Shown here: piece after piece, positions 41,601-50,582 of the stretch
How the letters are laid out: each line of letters begins with the position of its first letter
Position numbering within the stretch: position 1 is the stretch's first letter
Source: an uncultured Rhodothermaceae bacterium
Lineage (GTDB): Bacteria; Bacteroidota; Rhodothermia; Rhodothermales; Bin80
Length of the DNA stretch: 64,000 bases
NCBI GenBank assembly: GCA_964503085.1
Contig: CAZCYQ010000002.1
Location: 469 to 64,468, forward strand
Reading direction: 5' to 3'
The notes under the pieces: generated by a model
What the model was told of the DNA's origin: nothing
Database searches by the model: none
Seen by the model: the letters and a program-made list of their open reading frames with translations, nothing else
Program-made: the position numbers and the translations under genes

Positions 41601-42248
41601 TTCATTTGGCGGCCAGATATCTTTGACTGTGGCCTCCTTGTAGAAGCCTGCATATATATCCAAATCACCATCCTTATCCATATCTGCCAGCGCAACCGAG
41701 GTTGCACCGCCGGACTGTGGCAGGTTTGCCTGCGCAGTATAGTCCGTGAATTGACCTGTGCCATCGTTCAGGAATAATTGTACACCGCTTCCGAGCGATG
41801 TGACAAATAGATCCAGATCACCGTCTGCATCCACATCAACGAACGCCGCCCCGGTTGCTCGTGGATTCACCAAACCCAGATTAGCCCGAAGGGTCACATC
41901 CTCAAATTGCCAATCCCCCTGGTTGCGGTGGAGTGTACTCCCATGTTCCATACCTGCCAGAAAAACATCAGGCAGGCCGTCTCCGTCTACATCACCTGTT
42001 GCCACACCCGATCCATTCACAACATGTCGGTTGGTTATGAAAGCCGAGGTGCTTATTGCATTGTTGAAAGCAATGGAATTGGAGACTTCCGTAAACCCTG
42101 TACCTTCACCGATCGGAGAAGCAAGCGGGCGTACTTCATATCCTTCGAAGGGCGTCCACGTACGTTCAGTCTCCCGACTACACCCAACCAAGACCAGCAC
42201 GCCTAGCAGGACAAAGGTCAGGGCACTATTAGCAGGCCATCTGAACAT
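38610..42248 (-). CDS. FG-GAP/VCBS repeat + ASPIC/UnbV lipoprotein, double module (paralog 2)
   Basis: Lipobox LVLVGCS. It is colinear with the downstream paralog (e.g. PRDWTLAVRFQDLNGDGYQDLYVCNDFESPD versus PRDWALTAKFYDVTGDGIADLYVCNDFDSPD). ASPIC signatures are AGGQYLSSSD and AGSGYWSQSS. Confidence 0.85.
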   Translation of the reverse strand: MFRWPANSALTFVLLGVLVLVGCSRETERTWTPFEGYEVRPLASPIGEGTGFTEVSNSIAFNNAISTSAFITNRHVVNGSGVATGDVDGDGLPDVFLAGMEHGSTLHRNQGDWQFEDVTLRANLGLVNPRATGAAFVDVDADGDLDLFVTSLGSGVQLFLNDGTGQFTDYTAQANLPQSGGATSVALADMDKDGDLDIYAGFYKEATVKDIWPPNEITFERVVKQVADSFVVNDYWADDYKLIRQGDRLMRVELAEPDRVFFNDGTGYFTEVPFTEGLFLDEGGHPLTETPRDWTLAVRFQDLNGDGYQDLYVCNDFESPDHFWLGSAEGTFRAVSTLALRKTSQSTMSVAAADVDADGDVDMFLADMLSPDYIRRQKQHFVIPPEVVIMGDIHARPQEMQNMLLLNRSDTTYSELARMSGVAATGWTWSSAFIDVDLDGLQDLLLTTGHAYDAMDADAQIAAGSSRRPWREVLLDFPDLDLPNIAFRNLGNARFEWVEEGWGLGVVADVAHGMAFADLDEDGDQDVIINRLDAPVGVFRNDAEGERILVRLQGNAPNPQGVGTVVLVTSDSLPPQRQEIIAGGQYLSSSDAALTFAYAPGAQIEVHWTGGGRSVIEEVLPGNEYRIFQPQIEATKPSVAQSMETMFTALSIGLEHQESSYTDFNRQPLLPHKLSQRGPSLAVTGYGGSGYEDLILGGGKGESLRFVFNNGGQFEIIRSFSEPSSGDHGGIVIVPGSYIVLAGISNYERTPQDTAEVSKITRVSMRYRGDTSYAFGPESPGPLALGDFTGDGRLELFVGGNFMPGQYPVSVSSAIYRREDGILVRDDTLSAPFEKLGLVSGATAADLNGDGTTDLALATMWGPVHVFHNRGGGRLVRMTRTLGLAEHTGWWNGVAPADFDGDGKLDLIATNWGQNHPYAQDVPLRAYYGDLDNNGSLDILEVQHVPELDAFGLIRDFRTLTHALPTLRQHIRTYEDFATRSAMDIFGPVLSGADFHEVTEWRTMVFLNRESHYEAVPLADEAQWSPAFAPVPGDFNGDGRTDLFLSQNFFAVPSGYPRLDSGLGLLLLADESHKLVPQPAKVSGIYIYGSQRAAVSADFDRDGRLDLAVAQNAGPVVHLQNRTATQGLRVTLRVPGWNRAAVGGNLRAEYRDGSLGPSVPIVAGSGYWSQSSVEPILAPRDAIVKVHVNWPDGTSTSTAVQASAQSILITRE

Positions 42249-42262
42249 TCAGAACGCCCCGG

Positions 42263-42766
42263 TTACATCACGCCACCCTTGAACTCGTTCTCAAGGTACT
42301 CGGCAATTTCTTCAAAGTACGCTTCCCGTTCGGGCACAATAGGAACGTCTACCCAGTTACCGCCTACTGCAAGTTGTCCCTCGCACTCGGCTATCATACG
42401 TGCGGCAAATGTACTGCCTATACCTCCTGCACGGCTACGCGGACGTGCCGTGACCGAAATGCGCACTCTCACTTGGGTATACCCGGCCAGTTGTTCCTCT
42501 TCAAGCGCAGTAACTTCTTTCCATGATGCCTCCATGCGTACATCCTCAGCCGTATCTACGCGTCGATCTAATCGATACCCGTACCGTGTCAGTAACGCAT
42601 CTTCCGCTGTTGTGACTATATGATTCCGCGCCGAGGTCCCGAGGTTGAACCTCAGCGTACTGCTGGCGGCACGGTCGCCCCCAGAACCGGGACCGGAACA
42701 GGCCCCTAGGAATAAGGCGATGCCCAAAGCCAAAATCGTTACACGATACATCGAATCTACCTGCAT
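42263..42766 (-). CDS. small lipoprotein of unknown function
   Basis: 167 aa with lipobox LFLGACS and no motif I recognise. It lies between the SusD-like and VCBS genes; the start may be the Met at 42751. Confidence 0.6.
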   Translation of the reverse strand: MQVDSMYRVTILALGIALFLGACSGPGSGGDRAASSTLRFNLGTSARNHIVTTAEDALLTRYGYRLDRRVDTAEDVRMEASWKEVTALEEEQLAGYTQVRVRISVTARPRSRAGGIGSTFAARMIAECEGQLAVGGNWVDVPIVPEREAYFEEIAEYLENEFKGGVM

Positions 42767-42844
42767 TTAGTCATGGTTATCCAAATATACACACAGGGAG
42801 GCCAGTGCTTCCGACGCACTGACCCTCCCTCTTATCAGATATGC

Positions 42845-44494
42845 TTAGCGAGGACGGACATTGTCGAAATCCCGCCTATAATCGTCCCGTTGATAGGCCG
42901 TCGGAGCAGCTCCAGTACCACCGACACCGCCAAACGTGTAACTTTGTAGTCCCAGCGTCTCCAATTCCCTGCCTGGCACCGGGAAATGGATGGGGGTACC
43001 TGTAACAAGGTCACCCAATCCCCTGTCGTCATAATAGGCAAGACCAGCCCAGGTCTGGAATGTCTCTATGCGCCGTTCATGCTTAAGCTTCGCCCACAGA
43101 CTGGCCGAATCCATGTGACTCTGCGCATCTTTAGACGAACCGGGGGAATCCGTACCAGCGGCTGGATTAAGCATCCCCCTGCTTACACGGGTTTTGTTAA
43201 TCAGATCGGCAACTGTAGATGTACTGCCACTCGTACGCAAAAGGGCCTCGGCCTTGTACATATCCATCTCTGCCATAATCATGTGGGGCATTACACCATT
43301 AGCCTTCCCCAAATTATAGTACTGATAACGCTTATGATTATGAGATGAATAGTGATAAACACCGCGAGCAGCCGGGAATGGCCCATTGTTTCCCTGGTAT
43401 TCGAAGTCAGAGCCATCAACGGTCAGGTCGGTAGCGTCTCCTACGATCCTGCGATCCGCTGTGGCAATGTCAAAGACTAAGCGTTCTCCCAGGGGTTTTG
43501 CCAGCCACGCATCGTAACCGCCAGACTCATCCGCCGGCCCAATCGTGCGGTAATCAGCTCTGCTCCAGGTGGTTCCATTTTGCCCGTAGAACTTAAGGCA
43601 ATCAAATTCCGTCTCGCCATCGTCATCGCCAATGGGCGAGAAATCTTCGGTAATCCCGGCATCTACGCGGCTGATTACCTCACTCCAGTTTACCGCGGCG
43701 CGTTCAGACTCATTACGAGCAACCTGAACAGTTAATCGCGCTATGAAGGAGTTGATCAGTTTAACCATGTCGTCTGAAGTCACATCCAAGCCCCAGATCC
43801 AATCCTCCGCTGCAGTAAACGAGAATGAGCCTGTTTGTGCAATCGCACGTGCTTCTTCCAGCATCTGAATGGCCGCTTGGTTCACATCCATGTACGGACG
43901 CAATTCCAGTGCATCATTCTCTAGATCCACCGTCTCATCGACAATGAATGCCTGATCAAAGATCAATGAGAGCGTTCCATGCATTAGGCCTTGATTCATT
44001 TTTGCAAACGCCTTCAGACGTGCTGTGTCATGACCTTCGCGTGTGAAGACGTTGCTCTCCACACTTTCTTCTTCTTCAGCACGCGCGATAGCCTGCAGGG
44101 CATCGTTTGCATTTGAGATGCCCCGATAGGAGTCAAACCATGGTTCCCTCGTGGAAGAAGCGCGACTATAGGTTGAACTGTTATCCCAAGCAATGCGAGG
44201 CTCACTTGACATGTCTCTCATTCCCCAGTTGGCCCACGATGAGGAGTTCTCATCTGCCAACGTCGAAAAGAACATTGCACCATTGCCGCAACCCTGGATG
44301 CTGAGCCAGTAATCAGCAAACGTACCTTTAACCAAGTTCACAACATCTCCAGGCTGTGCAAAAGCAACCGTCCGGTCTGGAGCATTATTGTTTTCAACGG
44401 CCAAATCCTGACAGCCGACAGCGCTCAACGACAGTATGCCGACTAGTGTATAAAAAGCGATCCGCTTCATTTGATTTATGTTTTCAAGTTTCAT
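42845..44494 (-). CDS. RagB/SusD family nutrient-uptake outer-membrane lipoprotein
   Basis: Lipobox LSAVGCQD and ~540 aa with TPR-like helical composition. It lies immediately downstream of a SusC-like gene, with a 14-nt gap. Confidence 0.85.
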   Translation of the reverse strand: MKLENINQMKRIAFYTLVGILSLSAVGCQDLAVENNNAPDRTVAFAQPGDVVNLVKGTFADYWLSIQGCGNGAMFFSTLADENSSSWANWGMRDMSSEPRIAWDNSSTYSRASSTREPWFDSYRGISNANDALQAIARAEEEESVESNVFTREGHDTARLKAFAKMNQGLMHGTLSLIFDQAFIVDETVDLENDALELRPYMDVNQAAIQMLEEARAIAQTGSFSFTAAEDWIWGLDVTSDDMVKLINSFIARLTVQVARNESERAAVNWSEVISRVDAGITEDFSPIGDDDGETEFDCLKFYGQNGTTWSRADYRTIGPADESGGYDAWLAKPLGERLVFDIATADRRIVGDATDLTVDGSDFEYQGNNGPFPAARGVYHYSSHNHKRYQYYNLGKANGVMPHMIMAEMDMYKAEALLRTSGSTSTVADLINKTRVSRGMLNPAAGTDSPGSSKDAQSHMDSASLWAKLKHERRIETFQTWAGLAYYDDRGLGDLVTGTPIHFPVPGRELETLGLQSYTFGGVGGTGAAPTAYQRDDYRRDFDNVRPR

Positions 44495-44508
44495 GTTCGC
44501 TCACCAAA

Positions 44509-47500
44509 CTAAAACTGGAATTCCAGCTTCGCCCGAACCGTGCGAAAGGGTGGATAATTAAAGTCGTCCACGCGGTATAACGTCGCATCCGACCCGGAAC
44601 CCACTTCGGGATCAAACCCTGAATAATCAGAGAATGTCAGTAGGTTGCGTCCTATGATGCTTGCTGAAACGGAATGCAGTACATTGCCAAAGACGCGTGA
44701 GAGCTGCTGACGGTTGAATGTATATCCCACCGAAAGCTCACGCAGTTTGATGTATGTGGCATCTTCTACAAAATGGCTGTTCCGTGCAGTAGCATCGTAG
44801 AGTACTTCGTAGTATGTGGTGGACTTCTTCATGTCTTCTTGCTTACTCCCCTGGTCCTGATCGGTGTTACGACCATCACGATAGCTCCACTGCTTTGTGA
44901 AGTTGTAAACATCACCGCCAATTTGAGCACCCCACAACATGTACAAAGTTATTCCTTTGTACCGGAACGTAGAATTAAATCCAATGCTGAAATCTGGAAG
45001 CGCATCAGCGATCTGGACCTGATCCGTCTCATTGTCCTCGTCGTAGTACTTGATTGGGATTCCCCAGCGATAGTTGTTCTCACCCGCAGAAACCGTCGTA
45101 CCCCATAGATCATCCTCCCCACCCAAAGCGCCATCTGAACCCGGACCGCTGGTGTAACTGTTCCCCTGACCAACCGCTACAACATAGCCGTCGTCGTTCA
45201 CGTCAAAGTAGCTCGCATCCACACCGATGGGCAGATCCGAGAGTTCCGTGATGAACCTGTTGCCGTACATTGAACCTAGGATTTCGCCTTCCCGATAAAA
45301 GAACAGGCCCTGCGGTCCACCCAGGTATGGATTGGAGTGAAATTCGGTAATCTCCTGATGCGTACGGTCAAAAATAATACCGACCTCGAAATCCATATCA
45401 CGAGAATTGTAGACATTTGCATTCACGCTGGCCTCCACCGTATTTGATGTAAGATTACCTGCATTACGCCACTGTGTACTAAACCCGAAGTATCCCGCAA
45501 GTGGAACTCGCAGAAGCAGGTCCTCCACTTCGGTATCCGCATACACCAATTCAATAAAAATGCGATCCAGAACCCCTACGTCCAATCCAACTTCTGTTTC
45601 CGTCTGCAATTCCGGCTTCAGGAACGCATTCCCCAAGGTCGCCTTTGAGAGCTGGCCATTACTGAGTGAGAGTGTCTCATATTGTGCCTGGAAGCCGGGG
45701 CGCCCGCCCGCTGTTCCGATTGAGGCACGCAGCTTCAATTCGGTAACTGGACTGTTGCCTGGCCAGAAGTCTTCTTCCGAGATGCGCCATGCGGCACTGC
45801 CGCGGTAATAAGACTGCCAGCGCTCTTCTGCGCCGAACAACGAACTGCCGTCGCGGCGGAAAAATACATCCATGATGTACTTGTCCGCGTAGTCCATCCC
45901 GGCAGTTGCATAGTAGCCTTCAGACCGGACCGTTGAAGAACCGTTGCCAAATATTTTTTCGCCTTCCGTCTCCACATTGGAGAGGTCTGAGATACCCAAA
46001 GTCACGATATCGGTCCCCAGTACAAATTCTGAGAATGAATCAAAGTCCTCCACCTGCGCCTTGAGTTGCGCACGTGTAGTGAAGCTTCCAAACCGCTTGC
46101 GGAATGAAGCCGTAATATCGTAATTGATCGCCTCGCTGACCGAGTTACGCCGTTCAATGCGGCCATCATTTAACGAGGAGGGATCAATAGTTGCGAACCC
46201 GATGTCGTAAAACTCTAATTCATCCCTGTCGGAACGATCATAGCTGAAGTTGCTTTCTAAGTCCATCCATTCAAGCGGACTCCAGCGTGCCCGGAAATTC
46301 CCGAGGATGCGTGAGCGATCCTGGTTCATATCAGCGTTCTCAATCACATACAGCGGATTTTCCTCTACCGCCAATGGGTCTGCCTGAACTTTGAGCTCAC
46401 CTGCTTCATCTTCTGCTGACAGGTTGACCAGCGGGTTTGTGAACATCAAACCAAAGAACGGATTGATGTTTGAATTTGAAGCCAAGGATGAGGTTACCGC
46501 ATCATTCTTCGACTGGGAGTAGAATCCCGAAGTTGAAACGGTAAGGGTAGGTCGAATCCGGTGATCCAGATTAACCCGGACATTCCTGCGCTGGAGGCCT
46601 GTCAGGCCCTGAATCGCCCCCTGCTCAACAACATTCGTAAACGAAGCCAGGAAATTTGTCTTGGAACTGTTCTGGCTTACGCCGACATAGTTGGTCCATG
46701 TATTCCCAGGATTAAAAAATTGGTCAAAAGCGTTATAGAGTGTGCCTTGATACGGGTTATCATAGAAAGCTGCACCATGTGGGTTGGTATCCTGGAGCGT
46801 GCCTGGTCCATATCCATTGCTCAAACAATTATCACACTCATTTTTTGCTCCAGAATTATCCAGGAAATTCCCGGATCCATCCACCCGCAGATCATGAGAC
46901 GTATTTGCCTGAAATGACTTGACTACACCACTCACGCCATACTCGTTACGAACCGTCACACGAGTCTGGTTCAGGGGGACGGCTCCGCCCCGCTGCGTTG
47001 TGATATTGATCACGCCATTTTGGGCTCGTGATCCGTATAGCGAAGAGGCTGCGGCTCCTTTGACGATCTCTATGTTTTCAATATCAAGCGCATCAATATC
47101 GACCTGGTTTGCTCCTAGAACTACCCCGTCAACAATGAAGAGCGGCTGATTACTCCCGGTAATGCTGGTGGCTCCCCGAAGGCGCACGGAAACCGCGTCT
47201 CCCGGCGTGCCACTGCGTGCCTGAACGGCCACACCCGCAACCTTACCCTGGATTGAAGCAACCGGGTTAGACGCAGGTGCCAATGTAATTGCCTCAGAGT
47301 CCACCGAGCTCACGGTGAAGGCCAGTTTCTTCCTGGGCGTAGCTTCGGCAACACCGGTAACTACGAACTCGTCCAGCTGCAACAGGTCGAGAGCCAGAAC
47401 AAAATCTTCTGTCATAATGCCCTCGCTGATCGTGATGGTTCGAACCTGATCGGTAAAACCAACGTAGCCAGCGGTGAGCTCCAGTGTTTGTCCTACATTT

Positions 47501-47712
47501 GCGGCAGGCACCTGGAAAGTGTAGTTTCCGTCTAGATCTGTGGACGCACCTACGACCAAGGACTGAATGAGCACATTCGCTCCGATGAGCGGCTCGCCTG
47601 TGTCATCGGTAACCTTTCCAGAGATTATACTCTGTGCGCTCACCAGCCCCGGAAAAAGCAACGCACATAACAACGCTGCTGTCAAAGAAAACGTTTTCAT
47701 GAGTCTTTCCAT
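44509..47712 (-). CDS. SusC/RagA family TonB-linked outer-membrane protein
   Basis: Start placed at the Met at 47712 (MERLMKTFSLTAALLCALLFPGLVSAQ); the track start at 47811 adds a non-signal extension. It has a CarboxypepD_reg-like domain (ISGKVTDDTGEPLIGANV...DLDGNYTF), a plug (IENIEIVKGAAASSLYGSRAQNGVINITTQRG) and a terminal aromatic residue ...KLEFQF. Confidence 0.9.
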   Translation of the reverse strand: MERLMKTFSLTAALLCALLFPGLVSAQSIISGKVTDDTGEPLIGANVLIQSLVVGASTDLDGNYTFQVPAANVGQTLELTAGYVGFTDQVRTITISEGIMTEDFVLALDLLQLDEFVVTGVAEATPRKKLAFTVSSVDSEAITLAPASNPVASIQGKVAGVAVQARSGTPGDAVSVRLRGATSITGSNQPLFIVDGVVLGANQVDIDALDIENIEIVKGAAASSLYGSRAQNGVINITTQRGGAVPLNQTRVTVRNEYGVSGVVKSFQANTSHDLRVDGSGNFLDNSGAKNECDNCLSNGYGPGTLQDTNPHGAAFYDNPYQGTLYNAFDQFFNPGNTWTNYVGVSQNSSKTNFLASFTNVVEQGAIQGLTGLQRRNVRVNLDHRIRPTLTVSTSGFYSQSKNDAVTSSLASNSNINPFFGLMFTNPLVNLSAEDEAGELKVQADPLAVEENPLYVIENADMNQDRSRILGNFRARWSPLEWMDLESNFSYDRSDRDELEFYDIGFATIDPSSLNDGRIERRNSVSEAINYDITASFRKRFGSFTTRAQLKAQVEDFDSFSEFVLGTDIVTLGISDLSNVETEGEKIFGNGSSTVRSEGYYATAGMDYADKYIMDVFFRRDGSSLFGAEERWQSYYRGSAAWRISEEDFWPGNSPVTELKLRASIGTAGGRPGFQAQYETLSLSNGQLSKATLGNAFLKPELQTETEVGLDVGVLDRIFIELVYADTEVEDLLLRVPLAGYFGFSTQWRNAGNLTSNTVEASVNANVYNSRDMDFEVGIIFDRTHQEITEFHSNPYLGGPQGLFFYREGEILGSMYGNRFITELSDLPIGVDASYFDVNDDGYVVAVGQGNSYTSGPGSDGALGGEDDLWGTTVSAGENNYRWGIPIKYYDEDNETDQVQIADALPDFSIGFNSTFRYKGITLYMLWGAQIGGDVYNFTKQWSYRDGRNTDQDQGSKQEDMKKSTTYYEVLYDATARNSHFVEDATYIKLRELSVGYTFNRQQLSRVFGNVLHSVSASIIGRNLLTFSDYSGFDPEVGSGSDATLYRVDDFNYPPFRTVRAKLEFQF

Positions 47713-47895
47713 GTTTTGTGAGTGAATTAGTATGTAGGGACAAGGGACCAATAGATCACTGGACCTGATAGGTCCCTGAAGATAAATAAAAAGCACTACA
47801 GCAAAAACCACCCCGCTACTACAGTGTACACCGCATATTCCTGGACATAAAGGAATTTCCTGACGGATGGGCGTCAGCTCCAGCTACCCAGTGTA

Positions 47896-48735
47896 CTACT
47901 GGCCGCCCAGGATCAATGGCAATCCATCACTGCCGCTGCCCACAATTACGGTTTTGGCGTTCGTGGAATTTGCCAGTTGCTGCGTAGCTTCAATTCCCTT
48001 GAAGCGGAGGAATTGAGACGAGAGACTTGCAGTGATGATCTGCTGATAGGCTGCTTCGCCCTCTGCCTCAATGCGTTTGCGTTCGGCCTCGAGGCGTTCC
48101 TTTTGAATGGTAAACTCGTAACGTTCCGCTTCCTGCTCCTCTTTTAGCTTGTTCTCAATAGCTACTTTAATCTGCTCAGGAAGCCGTACATCTCTGATAA
48201 GAATGGCCTCAACAATGACATCCTCGTTTTCCACATTCTCCTTCACACGGGAAAATATCTGATCCTGTAATTCGGTCCTTCGACTTGAGTAGAGTTCTTC
48301 GGGGGTGAACTGGCCAATCACCTCACGCACTACACTGCGGAGCTCTGGACCGATCAGCTTCCGGAAATAATCAACCCCGTAGTTCACGTGCAGCACTGGT
48401 AGGGTTTCTGATGCTGGCCTCCAGCGTACAGAAATATCCGTGCCAATAGACAATCCATTGCTGGAGAGTGCCTCCATATTTTCCAGTCTCTCCTGTACCC
48501 GAACATCGTATTTAATCACTTTCAGCCACGGAGCGTGGAGATGAAGCCCCTCACCATATACATCTTCAATGTTCGTACCTCCGAAGGGAGAATAGCGAAC
48601 CCCAGCCTGACCCGAGACTATGGTCGTAGTCATACAACCAGCAGCTAATGAACCAACAACCAGAATCACGGCAAGTAGTATAGCCCCTCTGGTCAAAAAA
48701 CGCGTCGGGTTCGAAAAATTTGATCGGTTATCCAT
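47896..48735 (-). CDS. SPFH/band-7 (prohibitin-like) membrane protein
   Basis: Start placed at the Met at 48735 (MDNRSNF...). It has a membrane anchor, an SPFH core (VRYSPFGG...GLSIGTDISVRW...LIGPELRSVVREVIGQFTPEELY) and a coiled-coil tail. Confidence 0.8.
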   Translation of the reverse strand: MDNRSNFSNPTRFLTRGAILLAVILVVGSLAAGCMTTTIVSGQAGVRYSPFGGTNIEDVYGEGLHLHAPWLKVIKYDVRVQERLENMEALSSNGLSIGTDISVRWRPASETLPVLHVNYGVDYFRKLIGPELRSVVREVIGQFTPEELYSSRRTELQDQIFSRVKENVENEDVIVEAILIRDVRLPEQIKVAIENKLKEEQEAERYEFTIQKERLEAERKRIEAEGEAAYQQIITASLSSQFLRFKGIEATQQLANSTNAKTVIVGSGSDGLPLILGGQ

Positions 48736-48853
48736 TATCCTTGTGCAAGTTAATAATTTTACAGTGTGGTTGGGATGACGATTCCCGTGATACGGGTACA
48801 ATCAACGGTATGCTTTGTTGCAGGTTTTACGTTCAAATATTTTGTTAGCGCAT

Positions 48854-49867
48854 ATGAAACGAGCGCTTGAAGATCTTCTTGGTAAAGACAACGTTCGCGA
48901 GAATGTGGTACTTGCGCCGTACACAACGATGCAACTGGGAGGCCCCGCAGATCTCTTTGTCGAGGTTACAAGTGCAGATGCACTCGCGTATGCAATAAAA
49001 ACCGTGCGTGAGCTTGATGTCCCCCACTTCCTGTTGGGCTACGGGGCCAATATAGTCGTTGGAGACTCCGGTTTCCGCGGAGTCGTTATCCGTAATGCTG
49101 CTCAAAACATAGACTTTGACGGCAACCGGGTTACCGCGGAGAGTGGTGCTATCGTGTATCCAGACCTGATTGAAGCATCTGTCGCTCGGTCACTGTCTGG
49201 CCTGGAGCATTACGTTGGTATCCCTTCAACCGTGGGAGGGGCACTTTGGCAGAATCTTCACTTTCTTTCTCCAGCTCCGGCCCGTGAGCGAACCATGTTT
49301 ATTGAGGAGGTTCTTGAACATGCAGATCTCATGACTGCAGAGAGCGACCTTCGGCGTGTGGATGTAGGTTATTTTGAGTTTGGATATGATTACTCCATCC
49401 TGCATCGGCGAAATGACGTTGTGTTACGGGCAACCTTCCGGCTTACGCCCGCACAGGAAGTGGATTTGCGCAAAATAATGGCCGAGAACCTTGCGTGGCG
49501 CGCCCTGAGGCACCCCCCATTGGATACTGAACCCAGCGTCGGGTCTATCTTCAAGAAGATTCAGGGCATCGGAGCTGGGCGTCTGATTGATGAATGTGGA
49601 CTTAAAGGCGCCAGTTTTGGAGGCATCACAGTAACGCATCGCCATGCCAATATTATGGTCAATCAGGGAGGAGGAACGGCCGCAGATTTGCAGGCACTGG
49701 TAGCCTATGTTCAGAAAGAGGTAGCCGTGCAGACAGGCTACCATCTGGAAACTGAAATTGATTTTATCGGTGAATTTGATCCACCGACCAGTGGGTCCCC
49801 AGTGTTTGTCCCCCGTCCAGCTGGGTTGATTACGGCCGAAGAGTTGGCTGCACGCCGCATAACCTAA
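48854..49867 (+). CDS. murB: UDP-N-acetylmuramate dehydrogenase
   Basis: Start placed at the ATG at 48854 (MKRALEDLL...). Motifs are LAPYTTMQLGGPADLF, GYGANIVV, GSIFKK and HANIMVN. Confidence 0.9.
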   Translation: MKRALEDLLGKDNVRENVVLAPYTTMQLGGPADLFVEVTSADALAYAIKTVRELDVPHFLLGYGANIVVGDSGFRGVVIRNAAQNIDFDGNRVTAESGAIVYPDLIEASVARSLSGLEHYVGIPSTVGGALWQNLHFLSPAPARERTMFIEEVLEHADLMTAESDLRRVDVGYFEFGYDYSILHRRNDVVLRATFRLTPAQEVDLRKIMAENLAWRALRHPPLDTEPSVGSIFKKIQGIGAGRLIDECGLKGASFGGITVTHRHANIMVNQGGGTAADLQALVAYVQKEVAVQTGYHLETEIDFIGEFDPPTSGSPVFVPRPAGLITAEELAARRIT

Positions 49868-50568
49868 TGGCTTCGAGAAAACTCTCAAGTTGGACCAACG
49901 GAGCCCTAGCAGTCCTACGCAAAGATCTCCAATTGGAACTGCGTAACAAATCAGTCCTGGGCACGCTGCTTATTTTTGTCCTGAGTACAATGTTTCTGAT
50001 CCTGGTTGCAGCAGGTAGAGGCGACCTTGAGCCGCGAACAGAGGCAGCATTTCTCTGGATTGTGATCTTCTTCACGGCCGCTCTGGGTCTAGGACGTGCA
50101 TTCCTGTCTGAGAAAGAGCAGAAAACCAGACTTTTCTTGCGAATACATACACGCCCCCTCATGGTCTACGCCGGAAAACTGTGTTACAGTTTTCTTACGA
50201 TCCTGTGTGCAAATGTCGTTTCAGCATGCATCTTCCTGCTGCTGCTTGGGGTGGAGGTTGCCTTGCCGGGCTTATTTATACTGACACTTATCCTGGGAAC
50301 GCTGGGGCTCGCAGGAGCAACGACACTGTTAGCCGCCATTATTGCGAGAACAACACGAAGCGGGGTACTCTTACCCGTGTTGCTGTTTCCGCTTCTGGTC
50401 CCCCTTCTGCTCGCAGCTGTCGAGTCTACTTACTTCAGTTTCGTTGGTCAATCATTTACCGAAGGGGGGTGGACCGCATCCCTTGGATCCTTACTCACTA
50501 TAACTAGTTTCTCCGGCGTAGTGGTCGCTGCATCTGTTTTGTTGTTTGACTACGTCTGGCAGGATTAA
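49867..50568 (+). CDS. ccmB: heme exporter permease CcmB
   Basis: 233 aa with 6 TM helices. The N-terminus LRKDLQLELRNK and FLWIVIFFTAALGLGRAF...EKE are CcmB-like. It lies in a ccmBCDE context. Its ATG overlaps the murB TAA. Confidence 0.7.
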   Translation: MASRKLSSWTNGALAVLRKDLQLELRNKSVLGTLLIFVLSTMFLILVAAGRGDLEPRTEAAFLWIVIFFTAALGLGRAFLSEKEQKTRLFLRIHTRPLMVYAGKLCYSFLTILCANVVSACIFLLLLGVEVALPGLFILTLILGTLGLAGATTLLAAIIARTTRSGVLLPVLLFPLLVPLLLAAVESTYFSFVGQSFTEGGWTASLGSLLTITSFSGVVVAASVLLFDYVWQD

Positions 50569-50582
50569 CGAGTCTTCCCCGA

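Noticed and set aside
47713-47811. 33-codon N-terminal extension of the SusC-like ORF
   Set aside because: The extension is hydrophobic but not signal-like. The Met at 47712 or 47700 yields a canonical signal peptide ending VSAQ.
49424-50162. Minus-strand ORFs of 154 and 110 aa
   Set aside because: They are antisense to murB and ccmB, whose motifs and operon context explain the region.
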